A DNA stretch of 58,845 nt from the IMG/VR virus record IMGVR_UViG_3300030001_000223, positions 62,001-120,845 of that record; one strand, 5' to 3'. Shown piece after piece: positions 50,577 through 58,845 of this stretch. The stretch's first letter is position 1. Each line of letters begins with the position of its first letter. Origin of the DNA: an uncultured virus (IMG/VR IMGVR_UViG_3300030001_000223). Taxonomy: Duplodnaviria > Heunggongvirae > Uroviricota > Caudoviricetes. The position numbers were made by a program, and so were the translations under genes. The notes under the pieces are model-generated. The model searched no databases, was not told the DNA's origin, and saw only the letters and a list, made by a program, of their open reading frames with translations.

Positions 50577-50805
50577 TTTCGCTCTCCAATCTATCTATTT
50601 TTCTTTCTAGTTCGTCATTATAACTATTAGCATCGTCTAGTTCAGCTTCAAGTTCCTCTATTCTAATAACACTTCCATCTACATTATTAAAACTATCTTC
50701 AAGCAACTCAAATATTTCTTTATCTATGTACTCTTTAATTTGTGGCAATATATTTTGCTTTTCATAAATTGTAACTGTTTGTCCATTCTCCAATGTTATA
50801 ACCAT
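50566..50805 (-). CDS. acidic coiled-coil hypothetical protein
   Basis: AAGGAGGG RBS. Confidence 0.55.
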   Translation of the reverse strand: MVITLENGQTVTIYEKQNILPQIKEYIDKEIFELLEDSFNNVDGSVIRIEELEAELDDANSYNDELERKIDRLESEIDE

Positions 50806-50807
50806 AT

Positions 50808-50966
50808 TTACTCGCCCTCCTTATTTTTAACTATTGGTCGTTCTTTAAATATATCATTTAACATTTGTGTGGCTTCTTCATATGAATAATTATATTCTCT
50901 ACACCACTTATAGATAACTTCGTTTAATTCATTTATTAATTCTTCTTTGCTAGTTCTATATTTCAT
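50808..50966 (-). CDS. 52-aa hypothetical protein
   Basis: MKYRTSKEEL... read directly; GAGGAGGG RBS. Confidence 0.5.
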   Translation of the reverse strand: MKYRTSKEELINELNEVIYKWCREYNYSYEEATQMLNDIFKERPIVKNKEGE

Positions 50967-51183
50967 TATTACCCTCCTCACTTATTTTTCTGATACCTAA
51001 ATCATTGTTTTCTTTTATAAATTCAGATTTACCACCTAATAATATCGCTCCTGTATATATTTGACCTTTTAATAAGTCATCTATCATATTTTCTATTCTA
51101 TTAATAACTTCTTTATGATCTTCATCATTAGTAAATCCAAAATTTAAACTTAAATTAAATCCTATTATTTTGTTGTTATTCAT
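50956..51183 (-). CDS. hypothetical protein
   Basis: AAGGAG RBS. Confidence 0.55.
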   Translation of the reverse strand: MNNNKIIGFNLSLNFGFTNDEDHKEVINRIENMIDDLLKGQIYTGAILLGGKSEFIKENNDLGIRKISEEGNNEI

Positions 51184-51190
51184 TTGTGTA

Positions 51191-51406
51191 TCATCTCCTT
51201 AATATTACAATTTCTTTAACATCATCAAAATCGATTTCCATTTCTGAATTTTCTCTATTCAAATAAATTGTACTTTCATCTGAAAAGTTATAGTCACCAA
51301 TTAATATTTCATCATTATGTAAGTATATTTTTATGGTATCTCCTTCGTTAATAATTAAATCATTAAATTTTAAAGTCCATATTGTTTTTAAATTCATTAT
51401 TACCAA
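51191..51406 (-). CDS. small beta-rich hypothetical protein (Sm/SH3-like pattern)
   Basis: GDTIKIYL..LIG..IYL..EIDFDDVKEI. Confidence 0.5.
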   Translation of the reverse strand: MVIMNLKTIWTLKFNDLIINEGDTIKIYLHNDEILIGDYNFSDESTIYLNRENSEMEIDFDDVKEIVILRR

Positions 51407-51413
51407 TCCTTCC

Positions 51414-51866
51414 TTATATTCTATTTTTGATATCTTTTAATTCTTCTTCTATAAATTTTACTCTTGCTTGTAAGTTTTCTTTTCTCTTTTGTTCAGAATA
51501 TACAATAGATAAGTTATGAGCCTCCAATTCTGATTGCTTAAATTCATCTACTAAAATTTTATCAATTCCTTCTGATATGTAAAACTCACTATCACAACAA
51601 TTGCAGATTGCACAATGTTTTTGAAAGTCGTCATATAATACCGTTTCATCTTCTATACCTTTGTATTTGTTTATTTTATAATTATTAAATTTTATACCTT
51701 CTTCTATACTTTGAACCAACTTGTTTTTATACTTTTCTTTAAATATTGTATGATTTAATTTATCTTTAATTTTAAAGCTAATATCTACTAATAATATTGG
51801 AATAAATATTATTAAAATCATGAATATAATCATAAATAATATTATCAGTAATTCATTCATATTCAA
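51414..51866 (-). CDS. membrane-anchored hypothetical protein
   Basis: N-terminal hydrophobic helix. Confidence 0.55.
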   Translation of the reverse strand: MNMNELLIILFMIIFMILIIFIPILLVDISFKIKDKLNHTIFKEKYKNKLVQSIEEGIKFNNYKINKYKGIEDETVLYDDFQKHCAICNCCDSEFYISEGIDKILVDEFKQSELEAHNLSIVYSEQKRKENLQARVKFIEEELKDIKNRI

Positions 51867-51929
51867 TTATCACCCTTTCTTAATTACATTAATTCGTTAT
51901 ATTCATTTAAAATCCAAGTTTTATTTGGA

Positions 51930-52235
51930 CTATGGTTTATCTTTAAAATCATCACAAGTAAAACCCCACCCACATGAACATTTATGTAATTTACACCAAC
52001 CACCCTCTATATAATATGGATAATTTTTAATAAAATTTTTACATCCTTCACATTCTCCTTCAAAACCTTGTAATGGTTCTGAAACATATATCCCATCATG
52101 TGTCTTTATTAGATTAATATTTTCCTTTTTAGGTAATGGATTATCTTCTAACCATTTAGCTTGAGTTTCTTTTTCTTCTTTAGTTGAAAAAAATGCTTTT
52201 CTAAAATTTGCAAACATAATTTCACTTCCTTCCAT
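51930..52235 (-). CDS. Cys-rich hypothetical protein
   Basis: CEGC..WCKLH..CDDF. Confidence 0.55.
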   Translation of the reverse strand: MEGSEIMFANFRKAFFSTKEEKETQAKWLEDNPLPKKENINLIKTHDGIYVSEPLQGFEGECEGCKNFIKNYPYYIEGGWCKLHKCSCGWGFTCDDFKDKP

Positions 52236-52241
52236 AAAATT

Positions 52242-52270
52242 ATCTTACCATAGATTTTTAATTAATTCAA
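52242..52270 (-). promoter_or_regulatory. sigmaA-type promoter
   Basis: TTGAAT-17 nt-TAAGAT with TG extension. Confidence 0.5.
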
Positions 52271-52285
52271 TATGTTTCTATTAAT

Positions 52286-52540
52286 TTATTTAGATTTATA
52301 TAAGATCTTTATAACAATTTTATAATATAATCTAATGAAAAATCCCACTATATCATCAAAGAACCATTGTATTTTAGTAATAATCTTTTTATACCAAGGT
52401 AAACTATTATAATATTCATAAATTAAATCCCATGCAGATTTCATATTATTTAATTGTTCTTGCCCTCTTTTACTTCTAGTAACTTCACTAGTATCTATAG
52501 TTTCAATTGTTGAGCCATTTTTGAGTTCTATTTTATTCAT
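52286..52540 (-). CDS. hypothetical protein
   Basis: Start MNKIELKNGS after GGAGAGTG RBS. Confidence 0.5.
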   Translation of the reverse strand: MNKIELKNGSTIETIDTSEVTRSKRGQEQLNNMKSAWDLIYEYYNSLPWYKKIITKIQWFFDDIVGFFIRLYYKIVIKILYKSK

Positions 52541-53090
52541 TATTTTCACTCTCCATTCTAAATATTTCATTGTAAATATTAACATTATCATTACACGTAA
52601 ATACATCTATAATTTTGCTCTCGCCATTACTAAATTTAACTCTCATTTGATTAAATTTAAAATCATAACCTTCATAAATTTCAATAGGTAATCCATACAT
52701 TGTATTAGGATAACTTTTAAATTTAGTATTATCAATAGTAGGTATTTTCTCCAATAATACTTTTAATGCAAATGTCCCTATTTCTATTTTATTGGCTACT
52801 GGCGGTAATTGATTTAACTTTTCTGCCAATTTATCTAAATCATCTAATGTTATTGGTTTTGACATTGAAGTACAACTAGCAAACTTATTTTTTCCTGTAA
52901 GAATTGCTTTTGCTAATATATCTTTTATTTGTGATTCATTTAATTCTTCAGATTCAGTATTAAAATAATAATTAGGTTTATAACCTTTAAAGAAAGAATT
53001 AGTATATTCTTCATCATCGCCTAAAATATATTTATAAGCTTCTATTCTATCTTCTTTAGTTAATGCAATCTTATTTAAATCTTTATTCAT
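52533..53090 (-). CDS. hypothetical protein
   Basis: AGGGAG RBS. Confidence 0.6.
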   Translation of the reverse strand: MNKDLNKIALTKEDRIEAYKYILGDDEEYTNSFFKGYKPNYYFNTESEELNESQIKDILAKAILTGKNKFASCTSMSKPITLDDLDKLAEKLNQLPPVANKIEIGTFALKVLLEKIPTIDNTKFKSYPNTMYGLPIEIYEGYDFKFNQMRVKFSNGESKIIDVFTCNDNVNIYNEIFRMESENNE

Positions 53091-53284
53091 TATTTATCAA
53101 CTCCCTTAAAGTAACTGTATTCTTCAAATATTTTATCAGATTCTATTCTTTTACCATCTACAAATAATCCACCTTTTCCCTTTTCTACTTTTTCATATTT
53201 GAAATTACATTCTTTTAAAATATCTTCGAAATCTTCATCAGTTAAATTGTTAAATATACTTTTATATTTTTCATTATCATCCAT
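53090..53284 (-). CDS. hypothetical protein
   Basis: AGGGG RBS. Confidence 0.55.
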   Translation of the reverse strand: MDDNEKYKSIFNNLTDEDFEDILKECNFKYEKVEKGKGGLFVDGKRIESDKIFEEYSYFKGVDK

Positions 53285-53391
53285 TTTTTACATCCCCTTT
53301 AATTATATTATATTCTATTAATTTATTAACTCCTGTTAAAATCATGTTTTTATGTGGTTTTTAACCTAGTATTCATGCCATTTACAAGGTG

Positions 53392-53748
53392 CTATTTTTG
53401 TATGTAATAATTATTAATTGTCACATTAGACTTACTTTCTTCTTTAACCACTTTTACATTGTCTAAATTTAATATCAAATCAATTGAATCTCTTATCTGT
53501 ATTAAATCTTCTTCTTTTAAAAATGAAAGTTGTCCCATTTTATATTCGCCATCTACACCATCGTTTCTAATAACTAATGTAAAACTTCTATCTTGTACTG
53601 GAGACTTTGGATTAATTCTTTGTTCTGATATTATAATATTGCTCCTCGTTGTTCTCATTCTACCTAATGTTCCACTACACTTTCTGCTTAATTTAATCAT
53701 TGGCTTTCCATTTTCTTTAATTTTAATTTCTCTTTCAAATTTATTCAT
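53392..53748 (-). CDS. hypothetical protein
   Basis: AAGGAG RBS. Confidence 0.6.
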   Translation of the reverse strand: MNKFEREIKIKENGKPMIKLSRKCSGTLGRMRTTRSNIIISEQRINPKSPVQDRSFTLVIRNDGVDGEYKMGQLSFLKEEDLIQIRDSIDLILNLDNVKVVKEESKSNVTINNYYIQK

Positions 53749-53772
53749 TTTAATAATCTCCTTTTTATTAAT

Positions 53773-54033
53773 TTATTTATCTTTTAACATATTTTTATAA
53801 ATTGCTATACTTCTTTTACAACAATTAATATCACAATTCAAATCTTTAGAATTTCCATATTCATTATGACATTTTGCAACGTCCATTATTGTATGAGGTT
53901 TTGAAAACATTTCTTTACTTCTTAGTAATGCAGTATTATATTGATTTTGTAATTCTTTAATTTCTCGTTCTAGTCTTTTTATATTTAATCTCAATTCATC
54001 ACTTGTATATTCAGGTTTTTTAAATAAAGCCAT
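53773..54033 (-). CDS. hypothetical protein
   Basis: AAGGAGG RBS; promoter upstream. Confidence 0.6.
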   Translation of the reverse strand: MALFKKPEYTSDELRLNIKRLEREIKELQNQYNTALLRSKEMFSKPHTIMDVAKCHNEYGNSKDLNCDINCCKRSIAIYKNMLKDK

Positions 54034-54090
54034 ATATAATTTCCTCCTTAAATAAAAATAAGATACAAGATTTTCTTATCCTATATCTTT

Positions 54091-54119
54091 ATTCTATATC
54101 TATTCAGTTTCAAAGTCAA
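54091..54119 (-). promoter_or_regulatory. sigmaA-type promoter
   Basis: TTGACT-17 nt-TAGAAT. Confidence 0.6.
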
Positions 54120-54129
54120 GTTATTTCTA

Positions 54130-54663
54130 TTAATTTGTTTTTAACTTATTTCTTAAATAATAGTAAAAGGTATTATAAATATATTTTCCACTATGTTCTT
54201 TATCTGTAAAAAAGAATGGGCAATTATATTGTTCTTGAAAAGAATGTAATGAGCCAACAAAAGATTCTTTAGGAAAATCAGTTTTATATTTACCATCACA
54301 GACATTAGAGTAATTAGTATCTTCTATTAATAACCTTAATGCTCCATTACTTCTTTCAAACTCCCTTTTAAACCTTTCTCTTCCTTGTGTAAAATTGCCA
54401 CTAATTTCTTCAGCATGAGCCTTTCGTTCAATAGCTATTTCGTCAGTAAAATATAAATCTTCAAGAATATCTAATGATTCATTCTGTGGTATCATAAATG
54501 AATAATCCCCAAATGATAAAGTATAATCTATATAATTTATTTTATTAGATTTTAACCACATTTTAATGTGCGAGTTAACCTTTTCCCTGCTGTCTACTAA
54601 TACAGTTATTGAGTTAAGAATTTGTTTTACTTCTTTATCTTTATATACTCTATTAAATTTCAT
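54130..54663 (-). CDS. ERCC4-domain nuclease
   Basis: LVDSRE, FGDYSF, AIERK, RERFKREFER, LLIE. Confidence 0.85.
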   Translation of the reverse strand: MKFNRVYKDKEVKQILNSITVLVDSREKVNSHIKMWLKSNKINYIDYTLSFGDYSFMIPQNESLDILEDLYFTDEIAIERKAHAEEISGNFTQGRERFKREFERSNGALRLLIEDTNYSNVCDGKYKTDFPKESFVGSLHSFQEQYNCPFFFTDKEHSGKYIYNTFYYYLRNKLKTN

Positions 54664-57600
54664 CTAGCACTTCCTCCATACTTGGTATTACTGAATAATT
54701 TGTAATATGCCACTCGATTTTATTCTCATCGATTTCAAACACTGGTTTTACATTACCCTTTTTATCAGTCTTTTCTCCAACCTTTTTCCATCCAAATTTC
54801 TTTTCCATAGAATGAATATAGATTACATCATTAACATTTAATTCACCATCATTATTCCATAACTTCTTATTAATTTTACATTTACATGTAACACCATTAT
54901 TTAAGCAGTATGTATTTACTATGGGAGTGTATTTAGTATTAATATCAGTAATCAAAGCATATCTTTTTTCGATTTTTTCATTTTTATAATCTATATAACC
55001 TAAAATTTCGTTTTGGAAAGCAAGTTTTTCTTTAAAACTGATATCTGTATTAGGGATATTGACTACTTGATCTACTAATAATTTATAAGTATCAACTTCT
55101 TTAAATACCTTTTCTGTCTCTTTGTTTGCATACTTTCTAATTAAATCTATATTTTCATTGCTTAATTTGCTTTTGTTAAACTGTTTTTTGCCATATAACT
55201 TATTATATAAATTAACTATAGTTAATAACTTTTGTGATTTGCCAAAGCAATCAAAATAATCTAATTTAATAAGTATTTCTAATTGACGTGAGTTGCAAGA
55301 TGTATTTTCTTTAATATCTAATAATAAATCTAAAAAACTATTATACTTATTATTTTGAGATAATTCATATACCTCATCTGCCACCTTATTATTAAGATTT
55401 TTAATTGAGCCTACTCCTTTATATATACTATTTGTTTCCTTTGACATGAAATAACTAGCTTTCGCATAACCAAACTTAGGTGATGATATACTTATTCCTT
55501 TACTATTAGCATATTTGATTATACTGATAGTCTTCTCTTCTTTATCTTTATTAATATTTAATGCTGTAGTTATAAATTCTAATGGATGATAATATCTTAG
55601 GTATCCAGCAATATATCCAATATATGTATATGGAACAGCATGATTTTCACTAAAAAGATAATCCGATGCGTCAGTTATTACTTGTATAAAATTTATAATT
55701 AATTTTTTAGATTCTTCTTCGTCTACATTGTATTTTTCTTTCATAGTTTTAATGAAACCACTTGTAATTTTAGGAATAAATTTTTCTGTACCTGTTTTCT
55801 TAGCAAATCCACGCCTTACAATATCAGCCTCACCCATTGTATATCCACAAAATTCATGTAAGAAATTCATAATTTGTTCCTGATATACTAAGTAACCCAT
55901 TGTTGGTGCTAAAAATTTATTTAATGCTTCATGTCCATTATCCCTAAATTCACCATTAGATAATGCATTACGATAACTTGCACCAGCAGGTCTAATAGCA
56001 CCATTTCCCATTGAAACTAAATCTACATATCTAAAATTTGGATTAAATTGTTTTATTTTATTTAATGTTTTTTCACTCAATAATGTTTTTATAAAAGCAC
56101 CTGCACTATCTGATTCCCATTGAAATATCAAAGTATTATCTTTAGCCATTGATTGCCACACATCTTCTTCGTCTGGTGTATTTTCGGGTGTTAATCTTTC
56201 TATATCAGCCAATTCACAAGTTTCATTTATTATTTGTATATTGTCTAACCCTAATAAATCTAACTTGACAAAGTTTTGTGCATCAATAGCCTTCATACTT
56301 ATCATTGATACTGGATGTGAACAAGTTGATATGCTACATAATCCGACTGAACTATCTAATGGGATAGGGCTACAAATTTGACCACAAGGATGTGTCCCTA
56401 TAGAAACTATAGTACCATTAATTATATCAACATATTCGAATACTTTTGGATATTCTTTCCTCATTTTATCTTCATTATCTTCTATATTTTCACATATATA
56501 ATTAGAAATTTTTAAATAATCATCCATATAGTCATGAACTTTTTTACTAGTACTATCTGTTAAAGTCCCATACCCTTCAACATCTCTATTACTAGCTTCT
56601 TCCAATTCTTTAGGTAAATCTTTTTTATATATAGCTCTGCATACATCTCTGATACTACCTTTTAAAGCAACCGTATTAAATGTTATTATGTCTGCACAAT
56701 ATAAGTCTTTTTTACTATATATATAATTTTTTACTAGTTCTCTGTGATTTGGAGACCAATCTGTATCTATATCTGCTAAACTTACTCTTTCAGTATTCAT
56801 AAATCTTTCAAAATTCATTTTATGTTTAATTGAATCTATATCAGTAATACCTATTAAATAAGCTATTTCACTTCCAGAACATGAACCTCTTGAATACCCA
56901 GCAAATATATTATTACTTCTAGCCCATGTTTTAATGTTTTCATCTAATAATAAAAAGTCTACTGCACCATTATGTATGTATGTTTCTAACTCGTGTTGTA
57001 TTCTAGGAATGTATTCAGTTTTATAATTAGGTAATTTATTTATTCCTTTTGATAATGTACCCTCATTGATTTTTTGTTTTAATACATCTAAAGAATTATC
57101 ATATAATTTAGGATATTTATATGATTTATCAATTTTAAATTCTTCAACTCTATCATATAATCTATTAGTATTTTCTAAAGCTTCATATATTTCTTCGCCT
57201 GACATTATATTTTGCTTTTTAAATAATTCAACTAATTCGTCATATGATTTTAATGTTAAATCCCAACCGTCTTCATTATCGAAGAAAATGCCTTTTGATT
57301 TTTGTAATATTTCTCTACCTTTTGCATGTTTGCTGTTTAATGCGTGAGTATCAGTAGCTACAAGTAATGGAATATTATATTTTTTATGTAAATCACAAAG
57401 ATATTTATTATAAGAAATTTGATCTTTTACTAAGTGGTGCTGAATCTCTAAATAGCATCTATTTGAATTATCAACTAAAAATTCAATAAATCTATCTTTT
57501 AATTTATCATTTCCTTTACTTAATATTCCACCTAAACACGCTGTACTAACTAATATTTTACTACTTGTACTTATTAACTCTTCAAATGTTATCCTTGGTG

Positions 57601-57967
57601 TATAGTAAAAATGTCCATCTTCTCTATTAAAAGCTTTTGAAACTAAACTATTTAATTCTTCAAATGATTCATAATCAGTAGCATATAAGCAAACATGGTA
57701 ATTATCTCTGATTTTTTCATCTAAAGACTCTGTAACATATGCTTCTATAGAGTGAACATATTTGAAGCCATTGTCTTCACATTCACATTTCTTTTTATAC
57801 CATTCAAATGTTGAACCATGCTCTGTAAAACAAATTCCTTGTATCCCTAATGCTTTATCATTTTTAATTTGTTTTATGTAATCTGAATATTTTGTTACTG
57901 AATCTATATTAGTTATCCCATTACTATACATTGTGTGACAATGAGTTAATGTATATGTGTTACTCAT
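54653..57967 (-). CDS. dnaE: DNA polymerase III alpha subunit (family C)
   Basis: PHP domain (HCHTMYS, TEHG, ATDTH), SRGS, FERF, DIDTD, THPCG, KLDLLGL, YQEQIM. Confidence 0.93.
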   Translation of the reverse strand: MSNTYTLTHCHTMYSNGITNIDSVTKYSDYIKQIKNDKALGIQGICFTEHGSTFEWYKKKCECEDNGFKYVHSIEAYVTESLDEKIRDNYHVCLYATDYESFEELNSLVSKAFNREDGHFYYTPRITFEELISTSSKILVSTACLGGILSKGNDKLKDRFIEFLVDNSNRCYLEIQHHLVKDQISYNKYLCDLHKKYNIPLLVATDTHALNSKHAKGREILQKSKGIFFDNEDGWDLTLKSYDELVELFKKQNIMSGEEIYEALENTNRLYDRVEEFKIDKSYKYPKLYDNSLDVLKQKINEGTLSKGINKLPNYKTEYIPRIQHELETYIHNGAVDFLLLDENIKTWARSNNIFAGYSRGSCSGSEIAYLIGITDIDSIKHKMNFERFMNTERVSLADIDTDWSPNHRELVKNYIYSKKDLYCADIITFNTVALKGSIRDVCRAIYKKDLPKELEEASNRDVEGYGTLTDSTSKKVHDYMDDYLKISNYICENIEDNEDKMRKEYPKVFEYVDIINGTIVSIGTHPCGQICSPIPLDSSVGLCSISTCSHPVSMISMKAIDAQNFVKLDLLGLDNIQIINETCELADIERLTPENTPDEEDVWQSMAKDNTLIFQWESDSAGAFIKTLLSEKTLNKIKQFNPNFRYVDLVSMGNGAIRPAGASYRNALSNGEFRDNGHEALNKFLAPTMGYLVYQEQIMNFLHEFCGYTMGEADIVRRGFAKKTGTEKFIPKITSGFIKTMKEKYNVDEEESKKLIINFIQVITDASDYLFSENHAVPYTYIGYIAGYLRYYHPLEFITTALNINKDKEEKTISIIKYANSKGISISSPKFGYAKASYFMSKETNSIYKGVGSIKNLNNKVADEVYELSQNNKYNSFLDLLLDIKENTSCNSRQLEILIKLDYFDCFGKSQKLLTIVNLYNKLYGKKQFNKSKLSNENIDLIRKYANKETEKVFKEVDTYKLLVDQVVNIPNTDISFKEKLAFQNEILGYIDYKNEKIEKRYALITDINTKYTPIVNTYCLNNGVTCKCKINKKLWNNDGELNVNDVIYIHSMEKKFGWKKVGEKTDKKGNVKPVFEIDENKIEWHITNYSVIPSMEEVLDEI

Positions 57968-58845
57968 TTATTTTCCTCCCTATCATTCATAAAGTTTATT
58001 ATTTCTTCCCCATCTTTCAGCCTATATCTTTTAATTGCATAATGTATGTATTGATAATTAAAAGATAGAATATCACAAAAATCTTTTAACAATATATCAT
58101 TGTTATTATAATTTATATAAAATCTAAATTGTTCTTGTTTTATTTTATCATTTTCTATTATTTTACATTTTATTATATCTAAATTATTTGGAATAATAGA
58201 TGTTATAATTTCATCTAATTTCCTTGATGATTTTGCCGTAAATCTCATATATCTTTTATCGCTATTTTCTACAATTCCATCTAAATCAAACCTATTCTTC
58301 ATAATATCTATAAAGTGATATCTATCCTTTAATGGTATATCAGCTAAACATATTTCCCAATTTGAATCACCTCTATAACCATCATCTAATGCAAATATAC
58401 TTAATGAAAATTCATTGAGATTATCAATTAAATTACGTTTAGACATTTCTCTATATTGTATAAAACAATTATGTATTCTAGAAGATATTCTATAGTGTGG
58501 TTGACAAAGATATTTCGAATCTGTTCCAAAATTATGATATGCTTCTTTATAATAAGTTGGTGATATATTCATAAAATCCTTCATTAATTCATATTTCCAA
58601 AACAAATAATCTTTTTGATTTTCCGCATGACTGACTATAAATATAGGTTGTGTTTCTCTTTTATCAACATGACCGTCTCCCAACAAAGAGCCAATAACTA
58701 AATCTTTTTGTATATCATTTAATTGTTTATGTATTTTTCTATATTCTTGGGTTAATTTATGTTTTTCACAACACCATTTCTCTATAACTCTTTTACTGCA
58801 CTTCGCTTCTTTAGCCATCTCTTCATGATTTAATCCTTCTGTCAT
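57964..58845 (-). CDS. LAGLIDADG-type homing endonuclease, possibly 5'-truncated at window edge
   Basis: LVIGSLLGDG and IFALDDG motifs; stop overlaps the dnaE start. Confidence 0.8.
   Translation of the reverse strand: MTEGLNHEEMAKEAKCSKRVIEKWCCEKHKLTQEYRKIHKQLNDIQKDLVIGSLLGDGHVDKRETQPIFIVSHAENQKDYLFWKYELMKDFMNISPTYYKEAYHNFGTDSKYLCQPHYRISSRIHNCFIQYREMSKRNLIDNLNEFSLSIFALDDGYRGDSNWEICLADIPLKDRYHFIDIMKNRFDLDGIVENSDKRYMRFTAKSSRKLDEIITSIIPNNLDIIKCKIIENDKIKQEQFRFYINYNNNDILLKDFCDILSFNYQYIHYAIKRYRLKDGEEIINFMNDREENK

Noticed and set aside
112..57347. Antisense and off-frame ORFs in the track (e.g. 1877-2227, 4106-4444, 26033-26335, 41234-41662, 53459-53800, 57066-57347)
   Set aside because: Lie within or opposite well-supported genes and lack RBS or recognisable motifs
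1..58845. tRNA or rRNA genes, endolysin, IS transposase
   Set aside because: No cloverleaf, rRNA-like GC-rich stretch, amidase/muramidase motif or DDE/HUH transposase recognised by eye

Overview
AT-rich segment of a large temperate Firmicutes phage, probably infecting a clostridial host, with SPbeta/c-st-like gene content. Bases 1-23.7 kb are mostly + strand: a ~14.6 kb block of large tail-fibre/receptor-binding-type genes, a Rep-like DNA-binding ORF, two tyrosine recombinases (one directly preceded by a dif-like site), a RusA-like nuclease and a holin-like gene. A 16-bp inverted repeat at ~23.75 kb marks the strand switch. Bases 23.8-58.8 kb are - strand DNA-metabolism and accessory genes: ThyX, NAD-dependent ligase, an orphan N6-adenine-type MTase, dUTPase, a class II RNR split by a group I intron carrying a LAGLIDADG ORF, a soluble chemoreceptor-like protein, a 3D-domain protein, a two-subunit type II topoisomerase, an ERCC4 nuclease, DnaE and many small ORFs. 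Unexplained structure includes a recurring intergenic module (TAAAA-N6-TTTTA palindrome, AATAAATTAATA box, sometimes a GCTAGTAATAGCC element at fixed spacing) at small-gene boundaries, several promoter-plus-terminator ORF-less small-RNA candidates, a kissing-loop leader and a 10-bp-phased repeat array beside the dif-like site. All calls come from reading the sequence by eye; no searches or folding programs were run.
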